Shown here: positions 10,808 to 26,962 of the stretch, one piece after another
Numbering within the stretch: the first letter of the stretch is position 1
Layout: each line of letters opens with the position of its first letter
Origin: Adineta vaga
Taxonomy: Eukaryota > Animalia > Rotifera
Length of the DNA: 64,000 nt
Direction of reading: 5' to 3'
NCBI GenBank assembly: GCA_021613535.1
Contig: CP075495.1
Span: 2,294,001 to 2,358,000, forward strand
The notes under the pieces: generated by a model
Database searches by the model: none
The model's input: only the letters and a program-made list of their open reading frames with translations
What the model was told of the DNA's origin: nothing
Position numbers and translations under genes: made by a program

Positions 10808-12234
10808 ATGGCTTTAAAGATCTCTTTTATATTTCTCGCTCTATTCATCTGCTTTTACTTTGTAAATATTGTTTCAACTAATGAAGAAGAATGTCAGTTA
10901 TCTCGACAGAATGACATGGTTGATGATTGTAATTGTCGTATATCTGATATTAATGAATTGAATAATCAACGTTTATATCCATTATTACGACAAATTGTTA
11001 AGAAGAATTACTTTCGATTCTTTCCTGTTAATTTGAAAAAGAAATGTCAATTCTGGCCTGATCATGGTCAATGTTCACTTCGAACATGTGCAATCAAATC
11101 TTGTCCAATTGACAAATTACCCGAAAATCTTCGTGAAACATTCAATAGTAATAAACTTATTCGTTCTGCAATGAATAAACCAGATGAACAAAAACCAGAA
11201 CAATGTCCACCTACGGATAGCAATTCATCACTCGGTGTTGTTAATAAAGATTTAAGTGCTGAACATAAACAAACAATTGAAAATTGGTTGAAATTCGATG
11301 ATATTCAATCCGATAATTTTTGTGATGTTGACGATGAAACTTCTTCGGAATTAGAATATATTGATTTATTACTCAATGTTGAACGTTTTACGGGTTATAC
11401 AGGTGAATCAACACAAAGAGTTTGGTCAGCAATTTACAATGAAAATTGTTTTTTCCTACCCGATTCGAAACCCTATTATAATCTTCGACAAAAACGTTTA
11501 AATGCAGATAAGATGTGTCTTGAAGGTCGAACATTTTATCGTCTTATCTCTGGTCTTCATTCAAGTATTAGTATTCATTTATGTGCGCAATATTTCTTTC
11601 CAGCCGTTGGCGGTGGTTATTCTGGCTCCGATGGACGATGGGGACCAAATCTTGAAGAATTTCGTCGTCGTTTTGATCCCGAAACAACAGATAGCGAAGG
11701 TCCTGCATGGTTAAAAAATCTTTATTTTATCTATTTGATTGAATTACGTGCTATCTATAAAGCACGTGATTATCTACAAAGTCAAACCTACTTTACTGGC
11801 AATCAAACGGATGATATACTTACAAAAAAATTATTAACAGAACATCTGTTTCAGGAAATTGAACCATTTGCAAATTATTTCAATGAAAATGATCTTTTCA
11901 AAAATGGGAATGAAGAATTGAAAAATGAATTTCGAGAACATTTCCGAAATATTAGTCGAATTATGGATTGTGTTGGTTGTGATAAATGTAAATTATGGGG
12001 TAAATTACAAGTGCAAGCATTAGGTAAGAAAGAAAGAAAAAAAGAGTTTTTTTTTGTGAAATTTTATTTTTTTTCTTAGGAACAACATTGAAAATTCTTT
12101 TTGCTGAAAGTCCTATTCAATTACAACGATCGGAAGTTGTTTCACTAATCAATGGTTTTACTCAGTTGTCAACGAGCATCTATCGACTTGAACATGCATT
12201 TAAGACATGTCTGAAGAACCATATTGAACTCTAA
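10808..12234 (+). CDS. ERO1: ER oxidoreductin 1, 2 exons
   Basis: Signal peptide, NYFRFFPVNL, CQFW..C, ERFTGY, FYRLISGLHSSI, RIMDCVGCDKCKLWGKLQ; intron 12024-12079; ends HIEL*. Confidence 0.96.
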
Positions 12235-12641
12235 CACAGAAGAAACAGAACGAATGGAAATTTGTTCTTTGTTTATTCTTCATTTTCTTCTTCGTCTCCT
12301 CTTCTTCTACTTCGTGGTGATAGACTCAATATGTAACTGCTTGCTTTTGCTGCTATGCCTTCCTAGTCAGTCAAAACTACCAAAAACAATGGTGATTGCA
12401 ATCAAAATTTTGAGAAGAAAAAAGCATATTTATATATCTATGACGATACTCATTGTATTCATTCATTTTATATAGATTTTATTTGCATTCCGACGTTATA
12501 TTTTCCTCCTCTTCTGCTTCTTCTTTTGTGTTGTTCTTGTTACTCAAAAAAAAAACCACTCGACTCATATTCAAAGATTTTGTATTATTTTCTTGTTTAT
12601 GAAATAAGAATACTCACCGTGACTTATATTATAGATTTAAG

Positions 12642-14241
12642 ATGGCAGCTGCTCTTACATCCACAGATACTCGTGCAAATTCAAGTAATCTTGTTAACTT
12701 TAATCCATGTCAACATACATTTGTTGCAACACGAACGAAACAAGATCATACGAATAATTCTGAACAGAATTCTTCACGTCCAACTGTTCCACGTGTATGT
12801 CGTCTTCGAACACGTGATAATGCCATGGCAATTTATGCACTTGTTGATCCAATTGATACTAATATGCTTGCATCAGATGTCAGTGTCAATATGCTTGTCG
12901 AACAATTGAGTGAAGTTTCATTTGAAGATGATTCTTATAAAGAAAAAATCAATGATATAATGCAAAAGATTTTTTATGAAATCGAAAATCGTCTATTACA
13001 TATGACATTCGATCATGCCGAAGAGAAAATTTCAACAGAACCATCAAGTGTGAGTGCAGCTGAAAAACTTTTACCTTCATTAGATGAAGCAGAATCAGGT
13101 GCATTTTTATTTGCTGCTACAGTTACACAATCATATGTTTATATCGGTTATGTTGGTATGGATATTTCTTTTCTTTTCTTTTCCTTTGATTTCCATTTGC
13201 ATTTTCTTTCAGGAACAATTCGAGCTTTTCTTATATCGAATAATAATGGTGAATTAAGTATTTCATATAATCGACCACAATTTTATCATACGGGTTCATT
13301 ACATACGATAGATAATGAAGATGAAAGTCGTCGATTGAAAAATCTTGATGTCGATTTAGATAAAATGAGAAATGAAGGTGTAGATAAGACATTATCGAAA
13401 TTTACACGTTGTATTGGGTAAATAAAATTGTTTTTCTTTTTCAAATATTGTTCTATTGATTATTTTTCTAGGAAATTATCCGATAAATTACTTTCATCAG
13501 CAGCATCAGCAAATGATGTCAATGAAGCACGTTGTAATCCATTGATATGTGAACCAACTCCTTATAAATTTAAAATAATGCCGAATGATTATGCTCTTGT
13601 TCTAATGACTGATAAACTTTATCAAATGTACTTGAAAACAGGTAGATTTCGAAAGTTTGTATAACTTTATATAAATATTATATACTTTAGGTATTGCCGA
13701 ACAAGAAATTCCATCGGATTTCTTAAATCTTCTTCGTGAATCCATGGATTCTCCGGATTCTGCTGAACATATTCTTAGTAAAATCGAACAACGATATCGA
13801 GCTCAAAATAATTCCACTCATGATGATATTGATATACAAGATATGGGTTTATTAATTCATTTTTTTCTTCAAGGAAAAACATCAAATTCATCTTCTTCGC
13901 AAACAATAAAATTAAATCATAGTCGACGTATTTGTAGTGGTGAAGTTACTGTTGATGAAGTAAGAAAATTCATTAATAAACATAAAGAAATGCAACAACG
14001 ACGAGAGAAAGATCGTCATTCATCAGCTAGTTATGGACATACACGTGAAACTCAATCATACAATAGTACAATTGAACCATATGTTCAATTTGATGTTTAT
14101 GAAAAATTAGTAAAAGATAATGATGATTTACGTCAAGCGAATGATTATATTACTGAACTTCTCTATACTCAATCAACATCGATGATTGAAGAGAAATTAA
14201 ATGAATTTCTCGAAAAACATCCATCTTTAAAATGCGATTAA
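12642..14241 (+). CDS. TAB1: TAK1-binding protein 1 (PP2C-like pseudophosphatase)
   Basis: PP2C-like motifs YIGYVG|TIRA, HTIDNEDESRRL, TRCIG, LVLMTDKLY, and C-terminal IEPYVQF resembling the TAB1 TAK1-activating PYVDF motif. Confidence 0.8.
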
Positions 14242-14362
14242 ATATATATGTTCTCTCGAAACAAAATTCAATTATTTGTTTTAAATTTTATTGTAAATTT
14301 TTCTTTATGCTTTCATTATTTTCTCCTCCATTTCAGATGTATTTGACATCTCCTAATCAGAC

Positions 14363-16481
14363 ATGCGTATTCAATCATTAACAGATAATTTTTGGTCCAT
14401 AGGTTTATTTTGTTCGGTTGTAACCGGTTTTATTGTCATTGTTTCTTGTTTAACTAAACGGCGTCGACGATATTTTCATCTTCATCGACTTGTTGACGAC
14501 ATTCATCATTTATGGCCATTTGATGATTATCTTATTCAACCAACTTTATGTAATGTTTGTTCATCCACATTATTAGCTGGTTTTCATTGTTCATCGTGTG
14601 GCATTTATTTGCATGAACGTTGTGTACGTCCTGCTCGACGACTTTATCATTGTAAACATATGACAAATACTCAAGAACAACATCAACATCAATGGACGCG
14701 TGGAAATCTACCATTAGAATCCGAATGCATGATTTGTCATCGTCCATGTGGAGCCGAACCAAGATTATGTGATTATCGATGTATATGGTGTCAACGAATT
14801 GTACATGATTCATGTATGAGAGCATTACCAACTAGTTGTGATCTAGGAGAATTTCGACAATTGATCATTCCAGTAATTTGAAGAGGTTTTCTTCTTTAGT
14901 TTGACTTATTTTCTTTTGTTTTTGATAGCCGAATGCAGTTGTTTCACGAACAGGAAATAAACAGATTGTTGGATATGCTCATTCAGTTGTTGAACGTATT
15001 TTACCATGTGAAATTGAAGATTGGAAACCATTATTAGTCATTGGTAATCGAAAATCAGGTGGAGCTAATACTGATCTAGTCTTGAATTCCTTTCGAACTT
15101 ATTTAAATTCAGTTCAAGTAAGAAATACATATCGATTATTTGTTTTCTTATTTATAACTATATAGGTTATTGACATATCAACTATTGCACCTGTTTCAAT
15201 TCTTGAATGGTGTAATTGCCTTCCAGATATTGGTTTTTATATTCTTGTCTGTGGTGGAGATGGAACTGTTAATTGGATTTTAGAAAGCATTGAAAATGCA
15301 ACATCAGGAGTAAATATTAAAATAACAATGGCAATTAATGATTTTTTTTATTTATTGCTAGATAAAACCAGCGGTTGGTATCCTTCCAATGGGCACAGGG
15401 AATGATTTAGCCCGTATTCTACAATGGGGTCATGGAGAAGATTCAGCTGTTGATGTTAGTCTCTTTCTAAAACGATTACATGCTGCTAAAGTTGTTGCAC
15501 TCGATCGGTAACGATTTTTCTACTCAAATGAATCAATTGTTTACAAAATCTTTTCTTTTTCTTAATAAGATGGTCGGTAGATATAAGTGCTACTGCTCGA
15601 CATTTTGGTGTAGCAACAGCAAGTGCACGTGTATGTATTATTCGTTGATTATTTTGGAAAATGGATTCATTTTCTTTTTTGTTTTCTTTTGATTGAATAG
15701 AATATGCGTATGTCGAATTATTTCTCTGTTGGTTGTGATGCATTGGTTACATTGAATTTTCATCGTCGTCGTGAAAAAATTCCGGAATTTTTTGCTAGTC
15801 GTTTCGTAAATAAATTACATTATTTTCATTACGGAACAGTAGATACATTCTTAAGTATGTTCTCTTCAATATATTTAGAAAAAAGACTAATTTGTTTTTC
15901 TCTTATTTAGAGGAATGTAAAGACTTACAGAACAATGTAATTGTACGTAATTCGAACTGTCTTACTCTTTCTACAATGAAATTGTATTTATGCATTTTTA
16001 GCTTGAAATGGATGGACGAATTATTGAGAATCTTCCAGCATTAGAAGGTATTTGTATACTAAATATTCCATCATGGGGTGCTGGTGTTCGTGTTTGGGGT
16101 GCAGGAGAAAATATTCCAGTGCAAAAGTAAAATAGAGAAGGGACAATTCGTCTTGTAAAAAAATGTTTGATTTTCTTTAGAATTGATGATGGTTTGGTTG
16201 AAGTATTTGGTATTTATAGTTCATTTCATATTGCTCAAATGCAAGTTGGTCTTGCCGATCCATTTCGTATTGGACAAGCTCGTCGAGTTAAAGTAATATA
16301 TTTCTTTTTCTTTCCTGTCATCATCTATTATGAAAAATTATATTCTTTTATTGTTTAGTTAACACTCAAACGTCGTTTTCCTTGTCAATGTGATGGAGAA
16401 CCATTTGAAGAAGGACCCTGTTTTGTTGACATCCAACATTTTACACAAGCAAAAATGTTAATGAACGTTTCTAGCAATTGA
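14363..16481 (+). CDS. DGKE: Diacylglycerol kinase epsilon
   Basis: N-terminal TM helix, two C1 domains, [50 protein letters not shown]; stop 16479-16481. Confidence 0.93.
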
Positions 16482-17031
16482 AACTCTTTTTTCTTGCACT
16501 TATCTTATATGTTCCGGTGATGCTTTCTACTTTATATTCTACAGCACATCTCACACTTTGGCATTTGTTTAACAGAAAAATCAAATCATAAAGTCTGAGT
16601 CTGATCCTCCACTTTTTTGTCTATATTTATCAGATAATCTATGTGTTGTTCGTGTGTATCTATGACATAATCAAGAGTTTCTATCTCTATACGTTTTATT
16701 CGATTTTACTTTTCTTTTTTTTTCGTCCTCTCAATATTGACATTTTCAAATTTTTTTTTCTTCTCTTAAAATAAAACAGTGAGTAATTTCTAACAGGTGG
16801 TATGTAACATGTATTTTTCGTGAGAAAAAAAATGCCATTGATAAGAACGCGAGATAAATACGTTTTATGCAACGAGACACAGAATGAGAGAAGAGAAAAA
16901 AAAAGTGTTCTTGAGAATGTTATTGTAATGGCATTAAATTCACTACTATATACACTATAGTATAAGCGTCTAATAAATATTTATTTTGGTAAAATAAAGT
17001 CTAACGAAACATTTTATTAGACAGACCAAAA

Positions 17032-18929
17032 ATGGATGTTGAACGACCAAAATCAGGTAGGTTTTGAGTTCGAATCTTTTTTATATGATTGTGAAACTAT
17101 AGTGTCATTCTTGTGTTCGATTCGGGTGGCTGTTGCATTTGTTGGATTTCTTGGAATGATTGCACATTATTCACAAAAGATCAGTGTTGGTATTGCACTT
17201 GTTTGTATGGTAAATCATTCAGCTATTGCTACTTCACAAAATTCTCTTGCGAAGTCATTCACACAAACGGATCTTGATTGTCCATCGTTGAATAATTCTG
17301 TTAAAATTGTAAATGAAAATGTTTTACTTGGTTTTTCTTCATTCTCAAGGAATTCTTTTGTTTTTCTCTAGGAAGGTCCATTTCCATGGACAAAAAATAT
17401 TCAAGGAATTATCTTAGGAGGTTATTTTTGGGGATATTTAATTACTGAAGTACCAGGTGGATATCTTGCTGGACGTTATGGTGCTCGATTTATATTTGGT
17501 GGAGCGATGATTATAGCTGGACTTTTTTCAGTTGTCATACCATGGGGTGCACATTTACATTGGGGAATATTTTGGTTTTTACGATTAATTGTTGGTCTTG
17601 CACATGGAGTCATATGGCCAAGTATGGCTGTTATTATGTCACATTGGGCACCGCCAAGTGAACGAGGCAAACTAGTTGGTTTTATGAATGCTGGTAAATG
17701 ACATTAGTATGAAATAAGAAGAAAATATTTTGTTTTGTTTCTTTTTTCTTATAGGTGCTCAAATTGGTAATGTTTTAACTTTATCAATTGGGGGTCTCAT
17801 GTGTTCATGGGATTTTGCTGGTGGTTGGCCTTTAATCTATTATTCGACAGGTATTCTCGGATTAATTTGGGGTATTTTTTGGATTATATTCTATGCGGAT
17901 TCACCTGGTGATCAACGTTGTATTAGTCGCGCGGAAAAAGAATATATTCTCGAAACAACACAACAACAATTATCAAATCATACGAAAAATGAATTTCAAG
18001 CTCCATGGAAAGCAATTTTAACATCACCAGCTTGTTGGGCACTTTTCATTGTTCATACATGTAATAATTGGGGTACTTACACTTTTTTAACATCCATACC
18101 CAAATATATGGCAGAAGTATTGAAATTTGACATAAAATCGGTAAGGAAGAGAAAAATTCAAGTGAAATTATTTGATTGTTTTCTTCTATGATTTAGAATG
18201 GATTGCTTTCATCATTACCGTACATTATGTTTTGGTTTAATATAAATCTCTCAGGTGCAGTAGCTGATATGCTCATTCGAAAAAAAACGTTAACTCGAAC
18301 ACAAACAAGAAAACTGTTTAATGTATTAGGAAATCTAGTTCCAGCTATATTTGTTGTTGGTTTAGCATTTATGACGTGTAAAATAAAATATATTGCCGTA
18401 GCTCTATTAACAATCGGTGTTACTTTTACGTAAGTAGAATCTATATCTATTTCATCGTTAATTCAATTTTTATATAGAGGATGTTGTTATGGAGGAGGAT
18501 TTATGTTGACAGCAAATGATGTTGCTCCTGCGTATGCAGGAATTATTTTTGGTATATCGAATACATTTGCTACTTTACCTGGTATCCTTAGTCCATATGT
18601 TGTTGGTCTGCTTACAGAAAAAGTTTGTATTTATATTTGGAAAGATTTTTGAGAGAAGAAACTATGAATATGTTTAGGATTCGAATAATTGGCGTTATGT
18701 TTTCTTTATTTGTGCAGCAGTTTATGTGATTGGAATGATTGTATTCTTATTCATTGGTTCAGGTGATGTACAACCATGGGCAGTAACAGATACAAAAAAG
18801 TCTACTATTGAAGAAGAAGCAGTACCTCTTGCCGGTAATGTTTTATTGCTTCTCTTTTTCTCGTATCTTGTAAATTATCTTCATTTAGAACCAGTGGTCA
18901 CTTCATTATCAAAAGAATCGAAGGAATAA
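17032..18929 (+). CDS. SLC17 (sialin-like) MFS anion transporter
   Basis: VGIALVCMVNH, QGIILGGYFWGY, WAPPSERGKL, GGWPLIYY, APWKAILTS, DVAPAYAGIIFGISNT, GSGDVQPWA across short introns. Confidence 0.9.
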
Positions 18930-18968
18930 TAAAAGAAAAACTCTACTATTTCATTTTCGTAGTTAGTC

Positions 18969-19521
18969 TCAATAATTTGATATTATTCTATTAATGTGTG
19001 TGTGTTTTGTACATCGAAATTTTATATGTAACAATGCATTTTTTCTGCGATGTTTCATAAGATTATCACCTGATGCATATTGTCTCCTTTTATGACTTAT
19101 TGAACTGGATGTTTTTTTAAATTTTTGTTGTGATGATATAGATTGAGATTTTGTATTAGCAATTGATTTCGATGCAACAATAGGTTTATCATTAGCAATC
19201 GGTAAAATCGTTCGACAAGGATATATAGATGGAACTTGTAAATCTAGTTTAGCATTCGATGGATCAATAGTATTTGAATTGTGTTGGTTTAATTGCTGAA
19301 GTTCAAGACGCCAGAGATCTTCAATGGCTACTTTTAATGTATATAAGGCATGTTGAAAATTTTGATAATGTGCAGATTGGAATTGAGGATCTATTTTTTT
19401 CGAGGAAAGGTTTTCAAATGTATTCAGCATCGATAATAAAATTTTTGAATAAAAAAATACTTGATAATGCGCTAAAACTTATTTCATTACGATAGAACTG
19501 TGACAAACTATCGACTGCCAT
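18969..19521 (-). CDS. Orphan hypothetical protein (apparent 1-nt frameshift near 19455)
   Basis: 153 aa ORF 18969-19430; an ATG at 19521 preceded by AG joins it if one T is removed from a T run; no recognised family. Confidence 0.4.
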
Positions 19522-20074
19522 CTATCTTTTACTATATAGATTTCGTAAGTTTTCATGGATTTGAATTGAAATGAATGCATTCAATCAAATAGCTATTATT
19601 GTTCGTAGTAAATTATATGTTTGACGAAAACGATGGTATTTTGATAAGGAGGACGCATCGTTCACTACTATATATTATATACTACTACTACTACTACTAG
19701 TTCTTATCTATTCGATGAGTCATCTAAATCTGACATCACTTATTAAAATGTGCGTTCTTCCTTTCTGTTTTTCTCTCTTCCTAGTTCTAGAGTAAAACAA
19801 TTTTATCGATACATTTATATTCATGTACAGTAATGAGAAGTCGAAACAAAGAATTGAGTTATTGATTTAGTTTTAATGGCACTATCGTTTAAGCTAAGAG
19901 ATTGATTTTTTTCATGTTGAAGTGTTTTGTATTTGTAGCAGTTGATTTCTTCGAGAATCGATGACATTTTCTAATCAAATACTCTCGTCAATATTTCCAG
20001 AAAAACATAGATGTCGTTAAAGACATTTTTTTCATGTAATGTAATATTCTAGATTTGTATTAGAGCACTTGATA

Positions 20075-21787
20075 ATGCCTCAAAATATTCCAACTGAACA
20101 TGTACGTCTTCTTCGTCAATTTGTCACATTATGTGAAGCACAGCCTGAACTACTTCAAGCACCTGAACTTGAATTTTTTCGACAATGGCTTGCTAAGTAA
20201 AGACTAAATGTTTTTTGAATATTCAATTACAATTAATTTCTATTTCTAAAACTAATGAATATTTAGATTAGGAGCAACAATTCCTGCCGAAAAGAGTCAC
20301 CATAGTTCTGAAAGCAGAGAAACACCTAATGCTGCTGCTGCTGAGGAAGCAGTACATCATCGAAAAGTCAAGAAGAAGCATCAAAAGTTGAAAGTGAACC
20401 AGAGAGTGATTTGGGTAAGTTCAATATTTTTCATGATCTCTTCGATGAATATTTATTTCTCTAGAATTGGATATGACTGGTGTTGTTGAAGGTGATCATG
20501 ATGATTCACCACAAGCCATGGGTGATCCAAATGTTGAGGTAGAATTGGATTTTTTTGAAAGAAATCATAACGAACATTGATATACATTTTTTTTACTAGG
20601 TAACAGATGCGATGTCAGAACAAGCCGATGCCAAACGAACTGAAGCGCAAGCAAAACTTTCCGAAGGTGCATTGGAAGAAGCTATTCCATTGTTTACACA
20701 AGCAATTGAAAATAATCCACAATCAGCTATTCTGTATGCTAAACGTGCGCAATGTTATATTAAACTTCAAAAACCAAATGCAGCCATACGTGACTGTAAT
20801 CGAGCTTTAGAAATCAATGAGAACTCACAGCAAGCATTGAAATGGAGAGGAAAAGCAAATCGGTAAAACAAAAAAAGACAATCTTGACATAACTTGTTCT
20901 GTTTTTTTTTTCAAGTATGTTGGGTAATTGGGAAGCGGCATACAAAGATTTCTGCAAAGCACAAATATCTGATTTTGATGAAGATGTACAAATATGGTGT
21001 AAAGAAGTTGAAGCAAATGTAGAATGTTTAATTTTTTTAAATTTTCTATATCGAAAATAATTCGATTGATTTAGGCGAAAAAAGTTACTGAACATAAACG
21101 TAAATATGAACGACGTCGAGAAACAAAAGAAGTTGAAGCTAAACGTGAACGTATCCGTAAAGCTCAAGAAGCTTATGCCAAAGCAGACCAAGAAGAAAAC
21201 GAACGACGAGCACGTGAACAACAATCACGCTTTGCTGGAGGTCAACAATATCCTGGATTTCCAGGTAATACAATTGAAATATTAGCTATTTTGTTATGCT
21301 GAACATGTACTTTTATTTAGGTGGCATGGGAGGTATGGGTGGGCCAGCAGGTATGGGTGGCGCTGATTTAGGTGGCCTAGGCTCCGTAATGAATGATCCA
21401 GAAATATTAGAAGCATTACAAGATCCCGATGTACAAAAAGCTTTTGCGGTAGGTTATAATCTTTCATTTATTTCTTCATTCTATTCATTGACTTGATGCG
21501 ATGCATTGAGATATATATATAAAACAAAAACGCATTGTCTCTTTTTTTTTGTTGAATCGATATTGAAGATCATGCTTGTTTTCTAGGACGTGAGCACAGA
21601 TCCATCGAAATTAGCTGCCCATCAAAGCAATCCTAAAGTACGCAAAGTAATGGAAAAACTTGCCAAGAAATTCGGTGGTGCAGGTGGACCTATGGGCGGT
21701 GGTTTTCCAGGTTTTCCAGGTGGAATGGACGATAATTTCGGTGGTGCGGGTGGAGCTGGTGCAGCAGATTCCAGCGATCTTGATTAA
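20075..21787 (+). CDS. ST13: Hsc70-interacting protein (Hip)
   Basis: LLRQFVTLC..PELEFFRQWL|LGATIP dimerisation domain, TPRs (LQKPNAAIRDCNRALEIN), GGM repeats, STI1 domain (MNDPEILEALQDP..NPKV); apparent 1-nt frameshift near 20344. Confidence 0.93.
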
Positions 21788-22059
21788 TTTACTTTTTTTT
21801 CTTTGACATTTTATGAACAACAAATTTTCTTTTCCTTTCATTTCTTTAATTTCATACGATCAACGATTCAAGATAGTCTTGATTTAGTCAATGACAATAT
21901 CATTTTCAGTTTTTTTTCCGATTTTTTTTTGTCTCATACAATAAAAGTACAACAATCTAAGAAAATGTATTTAAAACTAGAATGAAACAAGAATATGCGC
22001 GAAATCTTATTGATTCTTCTTTACTTCGATATGTATATTATGTTTAATTTATTATTTTA

Positions 22060-24002
22060 ATGTCAGAAAGTGACTTAGTAAATATAACTACGTCAAACGA
22101 AGATGTAGTCATAGAAAAACAACCAGATCAATTTGTGAATGATATTTCACAAGATTCAATGATAAATAATGAAGAATATCAATTTGATGTTATTGTTATT
22201 GGATCAGGACCAGGAGGTAGGTATGTGTTGTTATAATTTCATCAAGTTTATGATAAACACATGACTATATTCGATGATATTAGGTTATACAAGTGCAATT
22301 CGATGTGCACAACTTGGTAAATCCGTAGCAATCATTGAACGTGATCTTCTTGGTGGTCATGCTGTAAATTGGGGTTGTGTACCTCTCAATTCTATGATTG
22401 CATCTGCGCGATTGATTCGTTCAATTCATGAATGTGATCGATATGGTATCAATATATCATCTCATCGTATTGAATTTTCACGTATTATTCATCATCGTGA
22501 TGAAACAGTGAAAAAAGTTCGTTCTCAAATTAAAACTTTTTAGACAAGTAGTTTACGTTATGTATCATCATTCAATAACTATTTCTTTTCCTTTTTAGAT
22601 ATTCTATTCAAATATATATTGGTAATGCTAGTATTGTAAATCATCATCATGTTCGAATAGAACCAGTTCGAAAATATACCTATGCAAATGTATACGATGC
22701 TGATGGTAGAAGTCCTTATGAAACTGATGATCGTATGTCAGTCAAAACGGATATAGAAATAAGTGGCAAAAATATTATTGTAACCTACCGATAAGATAAT
22801 TTCATCCGTTACTATTTTGTTATTGTTTAGATTGCTTCGGGAGTTGAATATGGAATACCTAAATTTGTAGAAGTAAATGATAGAAAAACAATGGATCCCA
22901 CCGACTTCTTTGGTATCGAAATATTCCACAATCATTAATTATTATTGGCGGAGTATTGATTCTTAATCATATATGAACAAGTATATGTTATCATACTATT
23001 TCATAGGGTGTCTTAGGATGTGAAATTGCATCACTCTATAGTCATCTAGGTTCGAATGTTCTCTTGATCGAGAAAAATCCGCGATTACTCAAATGTATGG
23101 ATGAACAAGTTTCATTTGCAGTTGAAACATGTCTAAAAGAAATTGGTGTTGAGATTATTTTCAATGCTATTATTGAACGTATGTTCAATGGTGAAGTTAT
23201 TGTTCAATTACGTCAAACAAATACACGACGCACTGTATTCGGTACTATCGTTGTTGTTTGTACTGGACGTAAACCAACATTTGATTATGAAAACTTAGAA
23301 CAACTTGGTATTGCAATTGATCATGAACAATCAACTATTATTATTGATGAAAAAACTTGTCAAACATCAATATCATCAATTTATGCGTGTGGTGGAATTG
23401 TTTCATCATGTTGGTCTTGGGTATGTACGATCACAAGATTGAAACATAATCATATACTCTTGTCTACAATTGTAGGTACCTTGTGCAATACGTCAAGGTC
23501 ATTTAGCAGCAAATGCCATCTGTCAAATCAATGAAAATGTAAATAATCGAAACTTTCATCTCGCAACAAATCCAGCTGCACCTTTTGTTATCAATGTCAT
23601 TCCAGCAATTGCAAGTGTTGGTCAAGTACCGAAATCTCTCAATGATGTGCTCATTTATACTTACAAATTTCATGCCAATCGACGGGCTATTATTGATCAT
23701 CAAACATGGGGTTTTATTAAAATGTGGATAACATCGAATGAACCAAAGCGATTTCTTGCTGTACAACTCGTTCATGAAGCAGCAGCAGAAATAATCGAAT
23801 ATTATAGTATGATTATCTCCTTGAGTACGCTCTATATAATATATGATTATAAATATATTTGTTTGATCTTTATGTAGATATTCCATTATCTGACATTTGT
23901 CTTCTTCCATTTGCTCATCCGACTTACACTGAAAGTGTTAAAGAAGCTTGTGAATATGTTCTTGGTCAATCAATGAATTATGAAGGAAGTTATTTAAATT
24001 AA
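22060..24002 (+). CDS. Divergent dihydrolipoamide dehydrogenase-like class I flavoprotein
   Basis: FDVIVIGSGPG|GYTSAIRCAQLG, GGHAVNWGCVP, IIIASG, IIIGG|GVLGCE, CTGRKP, AHPTYTESVKEA; spliceosomal introns; single-base frameshifts near 22540 and 22920. Confidence 0.85.
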
Positions 24003-24683
24003 TAATACGAAATACATCACTATCGTTGTTTTGTTTGGGTTTTCTATGACGTTTTACAATTTTATTAGTTTGTTTTTTGAGGAATACAGAAATAGAATAA
24101 TGAAAACACAATATTTTCCTAGACAAAAGAAAAAGATTCGTATCTCCGTATATGTCAACAAAGACGATAGGAGGATTTGGATATGAGAAAAAGAACTAAG
24201 GAGAAAATGATCAATAATTGGATATAACAAGATGAACAAAAATAAACCTACACGCACATACATGTACACATATCGAATTGATTTCTTTCAAATGATATTC
24301 ATTTCTTTTATGATGACTCTTTCTATTTTGTTTATGAACTATACGAAATTATATTCCGTTTTTCTATCCATTTGACGAACAAAATGTCACAACACATATG
24401 TATATAGAAAGACGAAATAACAAGAAAAATATATGTATATATATATATGAAAAAAAACATCAATAATTTTAAAACTGATAGTTTCATCTTTTGAACGAAA
24501 TATATCTCTATATGTATGTATTCATGTATGAGGTCTAACTGAAGAAAGAAAGAAAGAAAGAAAAGAAAATAACGATGTTTGATATAAGTTTATTTGTTAT
24601 CATCAGAATAAAGAGAAGATGGTAAAACAATTTTGTTGATGCTGATGATGTCGATGAAAAGGACAAGAACATATGTCTCTCTT

Positions 24684-26962
<2,279 letters not shown>

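Noticed and set aside
21449-21586. 138-nt ST13 intron as a snoRNA host
   Set aside because: Only a weak hairpin; no convincing C/D or H/ACA box set.
22538-22543. TTT TAG in the Lpd-like gene as programmed readthrough or frameshift
   Set aside because: Adding one T restores KTFLDK and the splice phase; similar indels nearby point to sequence error.
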